NCBI GenBank assembly: GCA_963664825.1
Contig: OY761614.1
Coordinates: 608,001-672,000, forward strand
Source: an uncultured Holophaga sp.
GTDB taxonomy: Bacteria; Acidobacteriota; Holophagae; Holophagales; Holophagaceae
Direction: 5' to 3'
DNA: 64,000 bases
Shown here: positions 1 through 9,395 of the stretch, piece by piece
How positions within the stretch are numbered: the stretch's first letter is position 1
Layout of the letters: every line of letters begins with the position of its first letter
Notes under the pieces: model-generated
Seen by the model: the letters and a program-made list of their open reading frames with translations, nothing else
What the model was told of the DNA's origin: nothing
Database searches by the model: none
Position numbers and translations under genes: made by a program

Positions 1-83
1 CTGCCGATGGCATCGAAAAGCGTCTCTCCGGCAAATACAGGGAGGAGTTGTTCCGTGAGCCGACTGCGCGAAGATCGATCCAT
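1..83 (-). CDS. 5' part of a gene running off the window edge (MDRSSRSRLTEQLLPVFAGETLFDAIG...), possibly a methyltransferase-domain protein
   Basis: ATG at 83 with an open frame to the edge, 42 bp downstream of the co-oriented Zn-finger gene. The product guess comes from recalled N-terminal similarity only. Confidence 0.4.
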   Translation of the reverse strand, partial: MDRSSRSRLTEQLLPVFAGETLFDAIG

Positions 84-125
84 GAGGCGGTGACCCCTTA
101 CAAGCGAGGACCAGGCCCCACGCGT

Positions 126-692
126 TCATTTCCGGTGATAGCGCCCCGTCCCGTTGCACGTCACGCATGGGGCTTGGAACGTGAGGCTGCCGCCGCATCG
201 CTTGCAGACCACGCTCAAGGAACCGGTGCCCGCGCACTTGGCGCAGGGGGTGGAAAAGGAGATCTGGACCTTGTGTCCCTTGCAGCGGGGGCATTTATGG
301 CCATCCGCCAGCACGCCCGTGGCCTCGCAACGGGTGCAGGGCCCGGCCTTCTGCGCATAGGTCCCGCTGCCGGAGCACTTTCGGCAACTCACGACCATCG
401 TGCCGCGCCCCTTGCACATATCGCAATCACTGAGCACGTGGCCGACGCCATCACACCTCAGGCATTTAACGCCAGGGTCAGCCGCGTCGCTCTTCGGGGG
501 AGGAGGCACCTTTTCGCCAGACGTGGGGTCCAAGGGAGGACACAGAGCGAGCTCGAGCGAGCGGGCGGTCCCCCCTTTCAGGGCAGGCTCCTCAGGCATT
601 TCCGCAGCGATTTTCTTGATGACCCTTTCCAGCTTCTTCCTCTTTTCCGTTTCCCGCTTGCGCTTCTCGAGCTGAGCATCCGTCTTGGCCAC
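126..692 (-). CDS. DnaJ-type cysteine-rich (CxxCxGxG) zinc-finger protein without a J domain
   Basis: 188 aa, GTG start. Basic/charged N-terminal helix, Pro-rich linker and eight CxxC(xGxG-like) motifs. No HPD motif. Confidence 0.8.
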   Translation of the reverse strand: MAKTDAQLEKRKRETEKRKKLERVIKKIAAEMPEEPALKGGTARSLELALCPPLDPTSGEKVPPPPKSDAADPGVKCLRCDGVGHVLSDCDMCKGRGTMVVSCRKCSGSGTYAQKAGPCTRCEATGVLADGHKCPRCKGHKVQISFSTPCAKCAGTGSLSVVCKRCGGSLTFQAPCVTCNGTGRYHRK

Positions 693-806
693 TGGGTTCC
701 TTTCGGGAGTGGGATGTCAAGGATACCCGAGTCGGATGAACGACCGGGTTGGGGGAAGGGGACGGGGGGAATGAAGGCGCTGAAGACGATCGGGAGCTAG
801 AACCGA

Positions 807-3005
807 TCAGGGCAATCCCGCAGCACGGAGCTGTCTCTGGAGGCGCTCCGTGCGGCCCAGGGCCCGGAGTGCAAGCTCCTGATCGGCCTCGTCCAAAAGT
901 GAGCCCTTGGCCATGCGCCGCCCAAGGGCCTGGATACGGGTTCCCAGGGCCATCAGCTCATCCAGGCGCTGCTGTCGCCAGAAGTGGATGAGGAGCAGGG
1001 GCAGGAATTCTGCCCGTTCCTGGATCTCTCCCTCGAGCCTGGGCATGCGTTCCAGCAGCTCCATGGCCTTCAGGAGATTCCGCTCCAGCCCCTTCCCATC
1101 CAACTGGCTGCAGATGGCAGCCATGGAGACATCGACCTCGATCAGAAGCTGTTCGTGGCCCGGTGAGGCCTCCAGAATGCACTGGGCCCTTTCGAGGGAT
1201 GGGAGGCCCTTATCCCCCTGCCTCTCCCCCAGATCGGCCAGCAACTCGGCCACCAGGACATGAGAAGCACTCAGCTGTTTTTCGGCATCCTGGATCAACT
1301 GTTCCAGCCCATCCATTCCCATGGCGCCGGAGGGAAGGCGGCTCCAACGCCAGCGCAGGGCCTCCTCGGCCTTGGTCGGCTGAAGGTCTTGAGGAGCCTC
1401 CGGATCCAGGGCGACCAGGATGCGCCAAGGTTCCCGGGCCAGCAACGCCCCTTGACCGGACAGAAGGCGTGCCCCGTACCGCGCCACGAGAGGTGCGAGG
1501 GCCTCTGGCCGGGCCTGGAACCAGGGAATGGCCGCACTGAGTCCCGGCAGGCGCGGGAACACTTCCGGAGCATGGAACCCCAGCGGCCCCGAAGGCTCCT
1601 CCGGAATCTCCGGGGCGGCCACGAGCCAAGCCTCGATCCATCGCTTCGCCTCCGAGACCTCGCCCAAACCCAATGCCGCGCGGAAGCGCCATCCAAGCAC
1701 GCGCTCGGATTCCTGCTCCCGGGGCGCCCCCAGGAGTTCCTGGAGTTCCTTCCAGCGGCCCAGGTTCGCCAGGAGTTCGCATCTGGCCGGAAGGTCCTGG
1801 CCCTTGGGGTCCGCCAGATCCAGGCAGATACCGAGCAGTTCTTCCGCTTCAAGGGCGTGGCCCGCGTTGGTCTGGAACGCGGCCCAAGCCTCCAGGTGCT
1901 GCGCAAGACCGTCGACGCTTCCAGAATGGGCCAGGGCCTCGAGCCTCCAAGTTCCCGTTTCCAGCAATCCTCCGTCCCGGTGCTCCCCCAAAAAGGATTC
2001 CGCCTCCCCCAGAAGGGCGAAGATTGCGTCCCTGGACGTGGCTTCCGCGAGAGCCCCCCTCAGGAGCCCCGCCCAGCCTCCCCAATCCTCCAAAGTCTTG
2101 GCGATGCGGCGACGAAGGGGGTCCTGAGCCTTGTTCCCCTCCCGGAGCCTCATATCCAGGCGCTTGAGCAGGCTTCTGGCGGCGCCTTCCAACGGCGTTC
2201 CCATCAAGGCCTTCCCCAGTTCCAAAAGGGTATCCACGCCTGCTTCCTGCGCGCATTCGCGCATCACCGTCTCCGGATCCAGGCGATCCACCAGGGCCGC
2301 TAATTCGAGGCGTTGGCTCTCGGAGGCTTCCTTGGCCGCGAGCCCCCACACCCGGTGGGCATCGGGTTTGAGGCCGAGCCTCATCACCTGCCGGGTCAGC
2401 TGGCGATCGTCGGAGTAGTTCTCCCAGACCCGCGCCAGGTGATGGCTGAACTCCAGCATGGGCTCGAGCTCCACCACGGTGAGCCAGGGGCCGTAGTGAT
2501 CCTCCACCGCCGCGGCCAGATCCTTCTCCAGGAGGGGGTCTGGAGTCCGGGCAATCCCCGCGCGGATCCGCAGGGCCTCGTCCCGCCAATTCGAGGCCCG
2601 CAATCCGCCCAGCTCGTAGAGGAGGGTCAGGTTTTCGAGTTCCGGCAGAAGCCGGAGATTTCCCCGCCCCCATTCCTTCTGCCCATTCCTCCAGCGCAGG
2701 GCCAGGTTCTTGGCCGCCCGCCCGTACCGCTTTTCCCCCTTAGCCTCCTCGCCCGTGGCGACCTCCAGGGCACCCAGGGCGGCCTCCAGCAGGGGCAGGG
2801 AACGGCTCTCCGAAGGTAGGGACTTGGTGCAGACGGATAGCATCGTCGTGGCTTGGCTGCGCAGGGCCTTCAGGCTCGAGGGCTTCGTCGGGGCCTCCCA
2901 GCCCATCTGCGGGGCCACCTCCCGGCAGAAATCCAGGGCCGCATTTTCCAGAGGCGGCGGGGCTGGCGCCCTTTCAACGGCAGGAGGAATGAGGAATGGG
3001 ATCAC
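807..3005 (-). CDS. large hypothetical alpha-helical (TPR-like) protein
   Basis: 732-aa ORF rich in Leu/Ala/Glu/Arg, co-oriented with its neighbours. No catalytic motif recognised. Confidence 0.65.
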   Translation of the reverse strand: MIPFLIPPAVERAPAPPPLENAALDFCREVAPQMGWEAPTKPSSLKALRSQATTMLSVCTKSLPSESRSLPLLEAALGALEVATGEEAKGEKRYGRAAKNLALRWRNGQKEWGRGNLRLLPELENLTLLYELGGLRASNWRDEALRIRAGIARTPDPLLEKDLAAAVEDHYGPWLTVVELEPMLEFSHHLARVWENYSDDRQLTRQVMRLGLKPDAHRVWGLAAKEASESQRLELAALVDRLDPETVMRECAQEAGVDTLLELGKALMGTPLEGAARSLLKRLDMRLREGNKAQDPLRRRIAKTLEDWGGWAGLLRGALAEATSRDAIFALLGEAESFLGEHRDGGLLETGTWRLEALAHSGSVDGLAQHLEAWAAFQTNAGHALEAEELLGICLDLADPKGQDLPARCELLANLGRWKELQELLGAPREQESERVLGWRFRAALGLGEVSEAKRWIEAWLVAAPEIPEEPSGPLGFHAPEVFPRLPGLSAAIPWFQARPEALAPLVARYGARLLSGQGALLAREPWRILVALDPEAPQDLQPTKAEEALRWRWSRLPSGAMGMDGLEQLIQDAEKQLSASHVLVAELLADLGERQGDKGLPSLERAQCILEASPGHEQLLIEVDVSMAAICSQLDGKGLERNLLKAMELLERMPRLEGEIQERAEFLPLLLIHFWRQQRLDELMALGTRIQALGRRMAKGSLLDEADQELALRALGRTERLQRQLRAAGLP

Positions 3006-3026
3006 ACGTCATCCTAACGCTGGGTC

Positions 3027-3497
3027 TCAGCGTTGGGCCTTGAGGAGGGCCTGGAGCAGATCATCCAGCTTCTGGAGGAAGCGTGAGCGGTCCCGGGGCT
3101 CGAAGGGGGCCGGGCCGCCGTTGACGGCCCCCGAATCCCGCAGGTAGGCCATCAACTCCCGGCTGGCCAGGGCGTCCCCGATGGATTCAGGCGTGAAGAC
3201 CTTCCCCTTGGGATCCAGCACCCGCGCCCCCTTGGCGAGGCAGCGCGAGGCCAGGGGGATATCGGAGGTGACGGCCACATCCGTTTCCGTGATGTGCTCG
3301 ACGATCCAATCGTCGGCCGCATCGAAATGCCCCGTCACCACGATCATTTCCACCAAGGGACCCGCCGGAATCCGCAGCCGCCCGTTGGAGACCACGAAGA
3401 CCTTGAAGCCGTAGCGCTTGCCCACACGAAAAATTTCCTCTTTCACGGGGCAGGCATCGGCATCCACGTATATCTGGATCAAGGAGTGTCCTTTCAT
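3027..3497 (-). CDS. YaiI/YqxD (UPF0178) family protein
   Basis: IYVDADACPVK, DAADDWI and TSDIPLA motifs. Confidence 0.9.
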   Translation of the reverse strand: MKGHSLIQIYVDADACPVKEEIFRVGKRYGFKVFVVSNGRLRIPAGPLVEMIVVTGHFDAADDWIVEHITETDVAVTSDIPLASRCLAKGARVLDPKGKVFTPESIGDALASRELMAYLRDSGAVNGGPAPFEPRDRSRFLQKLDDLLQALLKAQR

Positions 3498-3567
3498 GCG
3501 GGGGAATAGGGCATCGACAGACCGAGCGCCCGTTGAACCAGTCTACCGGCTGGCCCACACTGAGCCC

Positions 3568-4206
3568 ATGCAGCTCCACCTCACGGCCGCCCTGAAATAC
3601 GCCCTCACGGCCCTGGACGCACCCGCCCAGGAAGGGGCGCGCCGGGCCGTCCTCCGGGAGGCGAAACGAATCCGGGACCTCCCCCCTGGAGCCCTGCGGG
3701 CCCAAGGCCTGCATGACAGGCTCGACGCCGGGATCCAGGCTTTCCTCGAATCCAGGCCCGATCTGGCCGGCGCCATCCGCTGCGGGAAGGGATGCGCCCA
3801 CTGCTGCCGCATTTTCGTGGGCATCACAGGGGATGAGGCGCGGCTCCTGGCCCAAGAGGCCAGGGCAGGAAGAGCGAGTCTTTCGGAGCCCAGGCTGGAA
3901 ATCCAGCGGCACTGGGACTCTCCTGCGGACTTCGCCACCCATTCCAGAGAGGAGACGGCCTGCGTGTTCCTCCAGGGCGACGGGAGCTGCGGCGTCTACG
4001 AGCACCGCCCCAGCGCCTGCCGCGCCCTCCTGGTGGCCAGTGACCCCGAGGGCTGCCGCCAGGCGGGCCGCAGCACCCGGATCCTCGCCATCATCAACCC
4101 CAGCGCCGAAGGACTGGTATCGGCCGCCCGCACAGCGGACGCCCTCGAGACGGGCGCCCCTTCCCATCCGCTGGCCCGGCGCCTGTGGGAGGCCCTCCAG
4201 AGGTAG
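3568..4206 (+). CDS. YkgJ/FliB-like cysteine cluster protein
   Basis: CGKGCAHCC, CVFL, CGVYEHRPSACR motifs. Start placed at ATG 3568 to avoid overlapping the divergent gene. Confidence 0.85.
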   Translation: MQLHLTAALKYALTALDAPAQEGARRAVLREAKRIRDLPPGALRAQGLHDRLDAGIQAFLESRPDLAGAIRCGKGCAHCCRIFVGITGDEARLLAQEARAGRASLSEPRLEIQRHWDSPADFATHSREETACVFLQGDGSCGVYEHRPSACRALLVASDPEGCRQAGRSTRILAIINPSAEGLVSAARTADALETGAPSHPLARRLWEALQR

Positions 4207-4247
4207 AGGGGCCGTGCCTCGGCAGCTACCGGGAGGCGCACCTTTTG

Positions 4248-5180
4248 CTAGCCGGCGACTTCCTCGAGCCGGGCCTGCATCTTCCGCTGGGCCCGCTGGG
4301 TGCTCCAGAAGCCCCAGAAGGCGCCCAGGGCGCCCGTGCAGATGCCCGTGGATCCGAGGAGCACCAGGCTCCCCAGGGAGAAGAAACCGCTCCGGGCCAG
4401 CTGCACCAGCAGGGGCGATAGGCCTCCCAGACCCCGACTGAGGGGCAGCCAGAGGGCCAGGAGGGAGAGGACGGCCAGCATGCTGGCCAGGAAACCCAGC
4501 ACGGCCCCCTCTACCAGGAGGGGCGTGCGGATGAAGCTCTCGGTGGCGCCCACCAGGCGCATGATGGCGATCTCTTCTTCCCGGGCCAGGATGCTCATGC
4601 GGATCACATTGCCCGTGGAAAAGCCCGCGGCGATCAGGAGCAGGACACCCAGGGTGCCCAGGGCCTGGCGCAGGAGGGCTGCGGATTTCTGAAGGGTCTC
4701 CAGGCGATTCTGATCCACCACCACGTCCCCGACCCCGGGGATCCGCTTGAGGCTCTCCCCAACTTCCGTGGCCCTGCGGGCCGCCAGCAGGTCCGGGCGC
4801 AGGCTCAGTTCCAGACTCTCGGGGATGGGCTCCCGGCCCAGGCTCTCCAGCATCAATCCGGCCTCCCGGGTGGTTTCGAGAAAACGCCGCGTCCCCTCCG
4901 CACTGGTGATCCGCTTCACCTCGGTGAATCGCGGGTCCCGCCGGAGCCCGGCTTCGGCTTCCTGCAGGTTCGACCCATCGGCGGCGAAGACCGTCACCCG
5001 GGCCAGGGACTCCATCCGGGAGACCCAGCGATCCAGGCTCTCCACCGCCAGCAGCCCGCCCCCCGCCAGGAGCAGGCCGGAGGCCAGGGTGAGCACGGCC
5101 AGGATGTGCTGCCCTCGGTGCCGCAGGATATCCTTCACGACATCCCGGAGCAGCAAGCCCACTAGGCGGAACCAGGCCAT
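4248..5180 (-). CDS. ftsX: cell division ABC permease FtsX
   Basis: N-terminal TM, periplasmic domain, 'REEEIAIMRLVGATESFIRTPLLVEG' signature and three C-terminal TMs. Confidence 0.9.
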   Translation of the reverse strand: MAWFRLVGLLLRDVVKDILRHRGQHILAVLTLASGLLLAGGGLLAVESLDRWVSRMESLARVTVFAADGSNLQEAEAGLRRDPRFTEVKRITSAEGTRRFLETTREAGLMLESLGREPIPESLELSLRPDLLAARRATEVGESLKRIPGVGDVVVDQNRLETLQKSAALLRQALGTLGVLLLIAAGFSTGNVIRMSILAREEEIAIMRLVGATESFIRTPLLVEGAVLGFLASMLAVLSLLALWLPLSRGLGGLSPLLVQLARSGFFSLGSLVLLGSTGICTGALGAFWGFWSTQRAQRKMQARLEEVAG

Positions 5181-6311
5181 TCAATTGCTCCCGTCGAAGG
5201 CCAGGCCGGAGATGGTGCCGGAAGTGAGGGTCAGGGATTGAGGATCCCCGCCCAGGCTGGGGTTCTTCCAGAGCCAGATGCGATTGGAGAAGGCCTTGCT
5301 CGTGAGATAGTCGGCTCCCCCCAGCCAGTCCTTGTTCCCACCGTGGGCGATGATGCGCAGATTGGGCTGAGTGGTGAAGCTGCCCAGGAAGCGGCTGGGG
5401 GCCTGATCATACGAGGAGGTGAAGTCCCCGGAGGAGAATACGGCGATGGGGCCCCCGCTGGCGGTGTTGGTGCGGAAGACATAGAGGAAGTTGTTCCCCG
5501 TATCCAGGGCTAGGCAACCGCCCGTACCGGAATCCGTCAGGGTGGTGGAAGAACCCACGATCACCTGGGAACTGAAGGCCGAAGAGGTCCCAACCCGGAG
5601 CCGGGCTCCCGTATAGCTCACATCGCCCGTGGCCGAGGGCACAGAGGCACCCCCCGAGAAATAGCCGTAGACCTTCCCCTGGCTCACGGCCACACCCGTC
5701 CCGCCCTTATCGGGGCCCCCACTCGTGAAATCCAGGCTGGTCGTCTGAAGGGCATGGAGGGGAGCCGAGCTCTCCTGATAGGACCCGCCATAGTTCCCGG
5801 GGTTGGCCACCACCCAGATCCGCGTCTCGGAGGTGCCGGTCTCGGTGACGTAGAGGGTGCCAGTGCTGGGGTCCACGGCCGCCTGTCCGAAGGAGCTGCC
5901 ATTCAGCCGATTGCTGCTATCCAGCGTGAAGGTGGCGATATCGGTCGAAGAGGATCCGATACCGCCGCTCTGCTTATCGACGCGCTCGATGCGCACCACG
6001 GCTCCCGTGGAATCCACCAGAAAGAGCCGCTTGGCGCTGATATCGAGGCAGAGGCTCCCCACCACGGGGCTCGTGATATTTCCGGTGATGACCGAACTGG
6101 TGATGGTGCGGCTGGGGGCCGTGTCCCCCCCGGAGACGATATTGGCGTAGAGGGTGGCTGTGTCATCCCAGGCCTTCACGGCTGTGCCATCGAAGGCATA
6201 GAGCGCGGTGCTGGAGGTGGAACCGCCCTCGCCCACATCCACACAGGCCAGCTGGAAAGAGAGCGACAACAGCGCCGCCCCAGCGAAACCGAGGATTCTG
6301 CGAAGGTTCAT
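5181..6311 (-). CDS. hypothetical lipoprotein, beta-rich (propeller-like)
   Basis: GGAG RBS before ATG 6311. Signal peptide with lipobox QLAC. Ser/Thr/Gly-rich beta-strand pattern. Confidence 0.75.
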   Translation of the reverse strand: MNLRRILGFAGAALLSLSFQLACVDVGEGGSTSSTALYAFDGTAVKAWDDTATLYANIVSGGDTAPSRTITSSVITGNITSPVVGSLCLDISAKRLFLVDSTGAVVRIERVDKQSGGIGSSSTDIATFTLDSSNRLNGSSFGQAAVDPSTGTLYVTETGTSETRIWVVANPGNYGGSYQESSAPLHALQTTSLDFTSGGPDKGGTGVAVSQGKVYGYFSGGASVPSATGDVSYTGARLRVGTSSAFSSQVIVGSSTTLTDSGTGGCLALDTGNNFLYVFRTNTASGGPIAVFSSGDFTSSYDQAPSRFLGSFTTQPNLRIIAHGGNKDWLGGADYLTSKAFSNRIWLWKNPSLGGDPQSLTLTSGTISGLAFDGSN

Positions 6312-6329
6312 GGCGACTCCGAAACGCAT

Positions 6330-7346
6330 TCACTTGCTGAAGAGTGCCTTGAGCTGGGCATTGAGGTTCTTCATCATTTCGGCGTCACATCCGGCATCCA
6401 CCGCCCCCCGGGAGATCGCCAGGGCCAGGTTCTTGACCGGCTCGGGGCCTTCGCCGGCATTCACCCGCTGGGTGGCCTCTTCCAGAAGAGTATTGATCAT
6501 GCCGTGATGCTGGGGAGGCAGGACGCCCCGAGCCGCCGTGGCGATGCGCTGGGAGAAAGCGTTGAGCTTGGTGATCTTCACCGGATCGGTCACGGTCCCC
6601 GGGTGCTTGGGCACCACGGGCTTCGGCGGCACAGGAGGCGGAATCACCACAGGGTGTTCGGATTCGAAGGGTTCGGTGGCTACAGGGAAACCCTGGGGAG
6701 GCAGATTCACCGGAGGCAGAACGTAGGAGGGCTCTGCGGCCTGGGGCGCTGCGGAAGGCGCAGGGGCGAATTCGGCAGGCAGTTCGGGCTTCCTCCCGGA
6801 GCGCACCCCCTTGAGGATCACCTGACCGGTCATCACCAGATCGTAGAGGTCCTTGGCCACGGTGAGGACGGGTTTCTGCATGACCTCCGCCAGTTCGGCC
6901 ACGGTGAACCAGCCGCTGATCAGCCCCAGCAGCTTGGCCTGGCGCGGATTGATGCCCTGGGGCGTCTCCCCCGGCAGGAGCGTCGATGAAGGATAGAGGT
7001 CCAGGGAACTGATCTTGGCGCTGATGACGCGCCATTCGTCCATCCGGCGGTGCATCTCCATGAGCACACCGGCGTTGGATTTGGTGATCGAGGGCACGAC
7101 ATCGCTGCTGCCCTCCTCGAAGTGATAGCTTCCATCCAGCCACAGCGCCACTTCGTAGACGGCGTCCAGCCCTTGAGCATCGTTGGTCACGGCGTGGATC
7201 AGCTTGCCGTCCTTCATGTATATCTTCGCCCGCTTGGGCTCATCGAGCACATGGAAACAACCGCTCTTCCCGCTCTGGCTGACCAGCTGGATGATGTCGG
7301 GAAGCGGCGCTTCGCGCATGGAACCTTGGATGAGACCCTGGGACAT
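6330..7346 (-). CDS. DUF4388 (PatA-N-like) domain protein with Pro-rich linker
   Basis: 'IQGSMREAPLPDIIQLVSQSGKSG...IYMKDGKLIHA' pattern. AAGGGG RBS before ATG 7346. Confidence 0.85.
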   Translation of the reverse strand: MSQGLIQGSMREAPLPDIIQLVSQSGKSGCFHVLDEPKRAKIYMKDGKLIHAVTNDAQGLDAVYEVALWLDGSYHFEEGSSDVVPSITKSNAGVLMEMHRRMDEWRVISAKISSLDLYPSSTLLPGETPQGINPRQAKLLGLISGWFTVAELAEVMQKPVLTVAKDLYDLVMTGQVILKGVRSGRKPELPAEFAPAPSAAPQAAEPSYVLPPVNLPPQGFPVATEPFESEHPVVIPPPVPPKPVVPKHPGTVTDPVKITKLNAFSQRIATAARGVLPPQHHGMINTLLEEATQRVNAGEGPEPVKNLALAISRGAVDAGCDAEMMKNLNAQLKALFSK

Positions 7347-7549
7347 TCGAAATCCCCTTCTCCGAAAAGCGATATGGGCTAGAAACCCGATGTTAGCACG
7401 ATGGCGGGCCTCCCAAGAGCCCCTTCCCCTCGGAATGAAGGGGCCCCAGGACATCCGTCAATTGCGGTTCCTCCCGGGTCCGGAAAAGAAGTACATTGGA
7501 CCCTGCGGCTTCGGTCTTGAGGCTGTCGCCATCCCCCCCTGGAAGCCCA

Positions 7550-8044
7550 TTGATCGATACGTCCTTCCTCACCGATTCGCCGTTGTTCAGCAACCTGGAC
7601 GAAACGGAGCGCGCCCAGATCCTGATCATCGGGCAGGTCAAGGCCTATGAGGAGGGCCAGGTGATCTTCCGGGAAGGCGATGCCGGGGACGGACTCTTCG
7701 TCCTGGTGAAGGGCTCCGTGCGCATCTCCAAGCAGGGCGCCACCGGCGAAGAGGCCCTGGCGATCCTCGAACCCCATGCCTTCTTCGGCGAGATGGCCCT
7801 CATCGATCTCTCCCCCAGGGCCGCCGATGCCATTGCCAACGACCCCACCCATCTCTTCTTCCTCCCCCTGACCGAACTGCGAGCCCTCTTCGAATCCCAT
7901 CACCAGATCGCCCTCAAGGTCCTCTACGCCCTCTGCGAAGTCTTGGCCCAGCGGCTGCGGGAAACCAACGAGCGGTACATGAACGTCTTCACCATTGCCC
8001 AATGGGGCGGCATCGCCCAGAGCGGCTTCGTCCCCCTGCCCTGA
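7550..8044 (+). CDS. stand-alone cyclic nucleotide-binding domain protein
   Basis: 'IFREGDAGDGLFVLVKGSV', 'FFGEMALID..PRAADA' motifs with no HTH. Start uncertain (TTG 7550 or 7496). Confidence 0.85.
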   Translation: MIDTSFLTDSPLFSNLDETERAQILIIGQVKAYEEGQVIFREGDAGDGLFVLVKGSVRISKQGATGEEALAILEPHAFFGEMALIDLSPRAADAIANDPTHLFFLPLTELRALFESHHQIALKVLYALCEVLAQRLRETNERYMNVFTIAQWGGIAQSGFVPLP

Positions 8045-8080
8045 ACGCGCCGAGGCAGGCGCATCTTTCGAGAGGAAAAA

Positions 8081-8401
8081 ATGTCTGATCTCGTCAAACA
8101 CATCACTGACGCCGAATTCCAGGGCACCGTGGCCAGCGGCGTCACCCTCGTCGATTTCTGGGCTCCCTGGTGCGGCCCCTGCAAGATGATCGCGCCCATC
8201 CTGGATGAGCTCGCCGGTGAGCTGAACGGCAAGGTTCAGTTCGTGAAGATCAATATCGACGAGAACCCCCTGGTGGCCGGCCAGTTCGGCATCATGTCCA
8301 TCCCCACCCTGCTGCTCTTCAAGGACGGCAAGAAGGTGGACCAGAAGGTCGGCGCCCTGGCCAAGCCCGCGATGAAGAACTTCGTGGAAGCCGCGCTCTA
8401 G
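8081..8401 (+). CDS. trxA: thioredoxin
   Basis: WCGPC active site, 106 aa, GAGG RBS. Confidence 0.97.
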   Translation: MSDLVKHITDAEFQGTVASGVTLVDFWAPWCGPCKMIAPILDELAGELNGKVQFVKINIDENPLVAGQFGIMSIPTLLLFKDGKKVDQKVGALAKPAMKNFVEAAL

Positions 8402-8411
8402 AAACGCGCAC

Positions 8412-8452
8412 GAGCAGAGCGGCGGCTCCTTTCCGGGGCCGCCGCTCTGCTC
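8412..8452. terminator. long GC hairpin between convergent genes (probable bidirectional terminator)
   Basis: gagcagagcggcggctcc / ggggccgccgctctgctc stem. No strong U-tract. Confidence 0.6.
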
Positions 8453-9368
8453 ATATTCGCTTCTTCCTGAGCACCATTCGGATCTGGTTGCCCTTGGCGT
8501 TGTGATGCACTTCGTCCATGACCATGTGGATCATGGCGAGGCCTCGCCCGCACTGGCGTGCCAGGGTCTCATCACAGATGCGGGAGACCTTCCGCGCGTT
8601 GAAGCCCGGGCCTCCATCGGTGATGACCACTTCGAATTCATCGGGGGTCGCCTCCATGAGGACCTCGATGGGGCGGGCGGCGTATTCGGGATCCGAGCGA
8701 CGTTCCTGGAGGAGGGCGGTGTAGGAGTCCTGCGCGCTGAACAGATCGTCCTTCAGGCTGGAATCCATCTCGAAGTTGCCGTGCTCCAGGGCATTGACCA
8801 GCGCCTCGTGATAGGCCATGGCGATGACGTCCACATTCGTGGGCAGGGCGAAACCCATGGGCACCAGCCGATCCGTGAGGTGCATCACGGTGCTGGGGAT
8901 ATCGAGCTCGTCACTCCGGAACAGGAACAGGCGCGTCTCCTTGGCGAGGCCCTTGAGGCCGGCCTCGGCTCGGCACAGTTCCCGGTGGAGCCCCACCAGG
9001 TGGAAGACGCTATTGACCAGTTCCCGCAGGGTCAGAGGCTTTTGGAAGAGATTGGCCGCACCCATGCGCATGGCCCGGATAGCGTAGTCCAGGGAGGCCT
9101 GGCCCGTCATCAGTACCACGGGCAGGCTGGGATGGATGGACTTCACCCTGTGGATGACATCGAAGCCGTCCATCCCCTCCATGTTGATATCGGAAATGAC
9201 CAGATCCACCTGGGGACCCTGGGGATCCTCCAGCAGCTCCATGGCCTGAGACCCCTCCGAGAAGGGATGGACGGCCATCCCGTGATGGGCCAGGGCATCA
9301 CTGATCATGCTGAGCACAGCCTGATCGTCATCGATCACCATGACATGTGGAACGGCGGGACGCTTCAT
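8451..9368 (-). CDS. response regulator receiver fused to an RsbW-like HATPase_c domain
   Basis: Receiver motifs IDDD, DINMEGMDG and KP. C-terminal 'EALVNALEHGN', 'DGGPGF' and 'GRGL'. Confidence 0.88.
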   Translation of the reverse strand: MKRPAVPHVMVIDDDQAVLSMISDALAHHGMAVHPFSEGSQAMELLEDPQGPQVDLVISDINMEGMDGFDVIHRVKSIHPSLPVVLMTGQASLDYAIRAMRMGAANLFQKPLTLRELVNSVFHLVGLHRELCRAEAGLKGLAKETRLFLFRSDELDIPSTVMHLTDRLVPMGFALPTNVDVIAMAYHEALVNALEHGNFEMDSSLKDDLFSAQDSYTALLQERRSDPEYAARPIEVLMEATPDEFEVVITDGGPGFNARKVSRICDETLARQCGRGLAMIHMVMDEVHHNAKGNQIRMVLRKKRI

Positions 9369-9395
9369 CCGGGCTCCGGGAAGGGGGCTAGGAAA

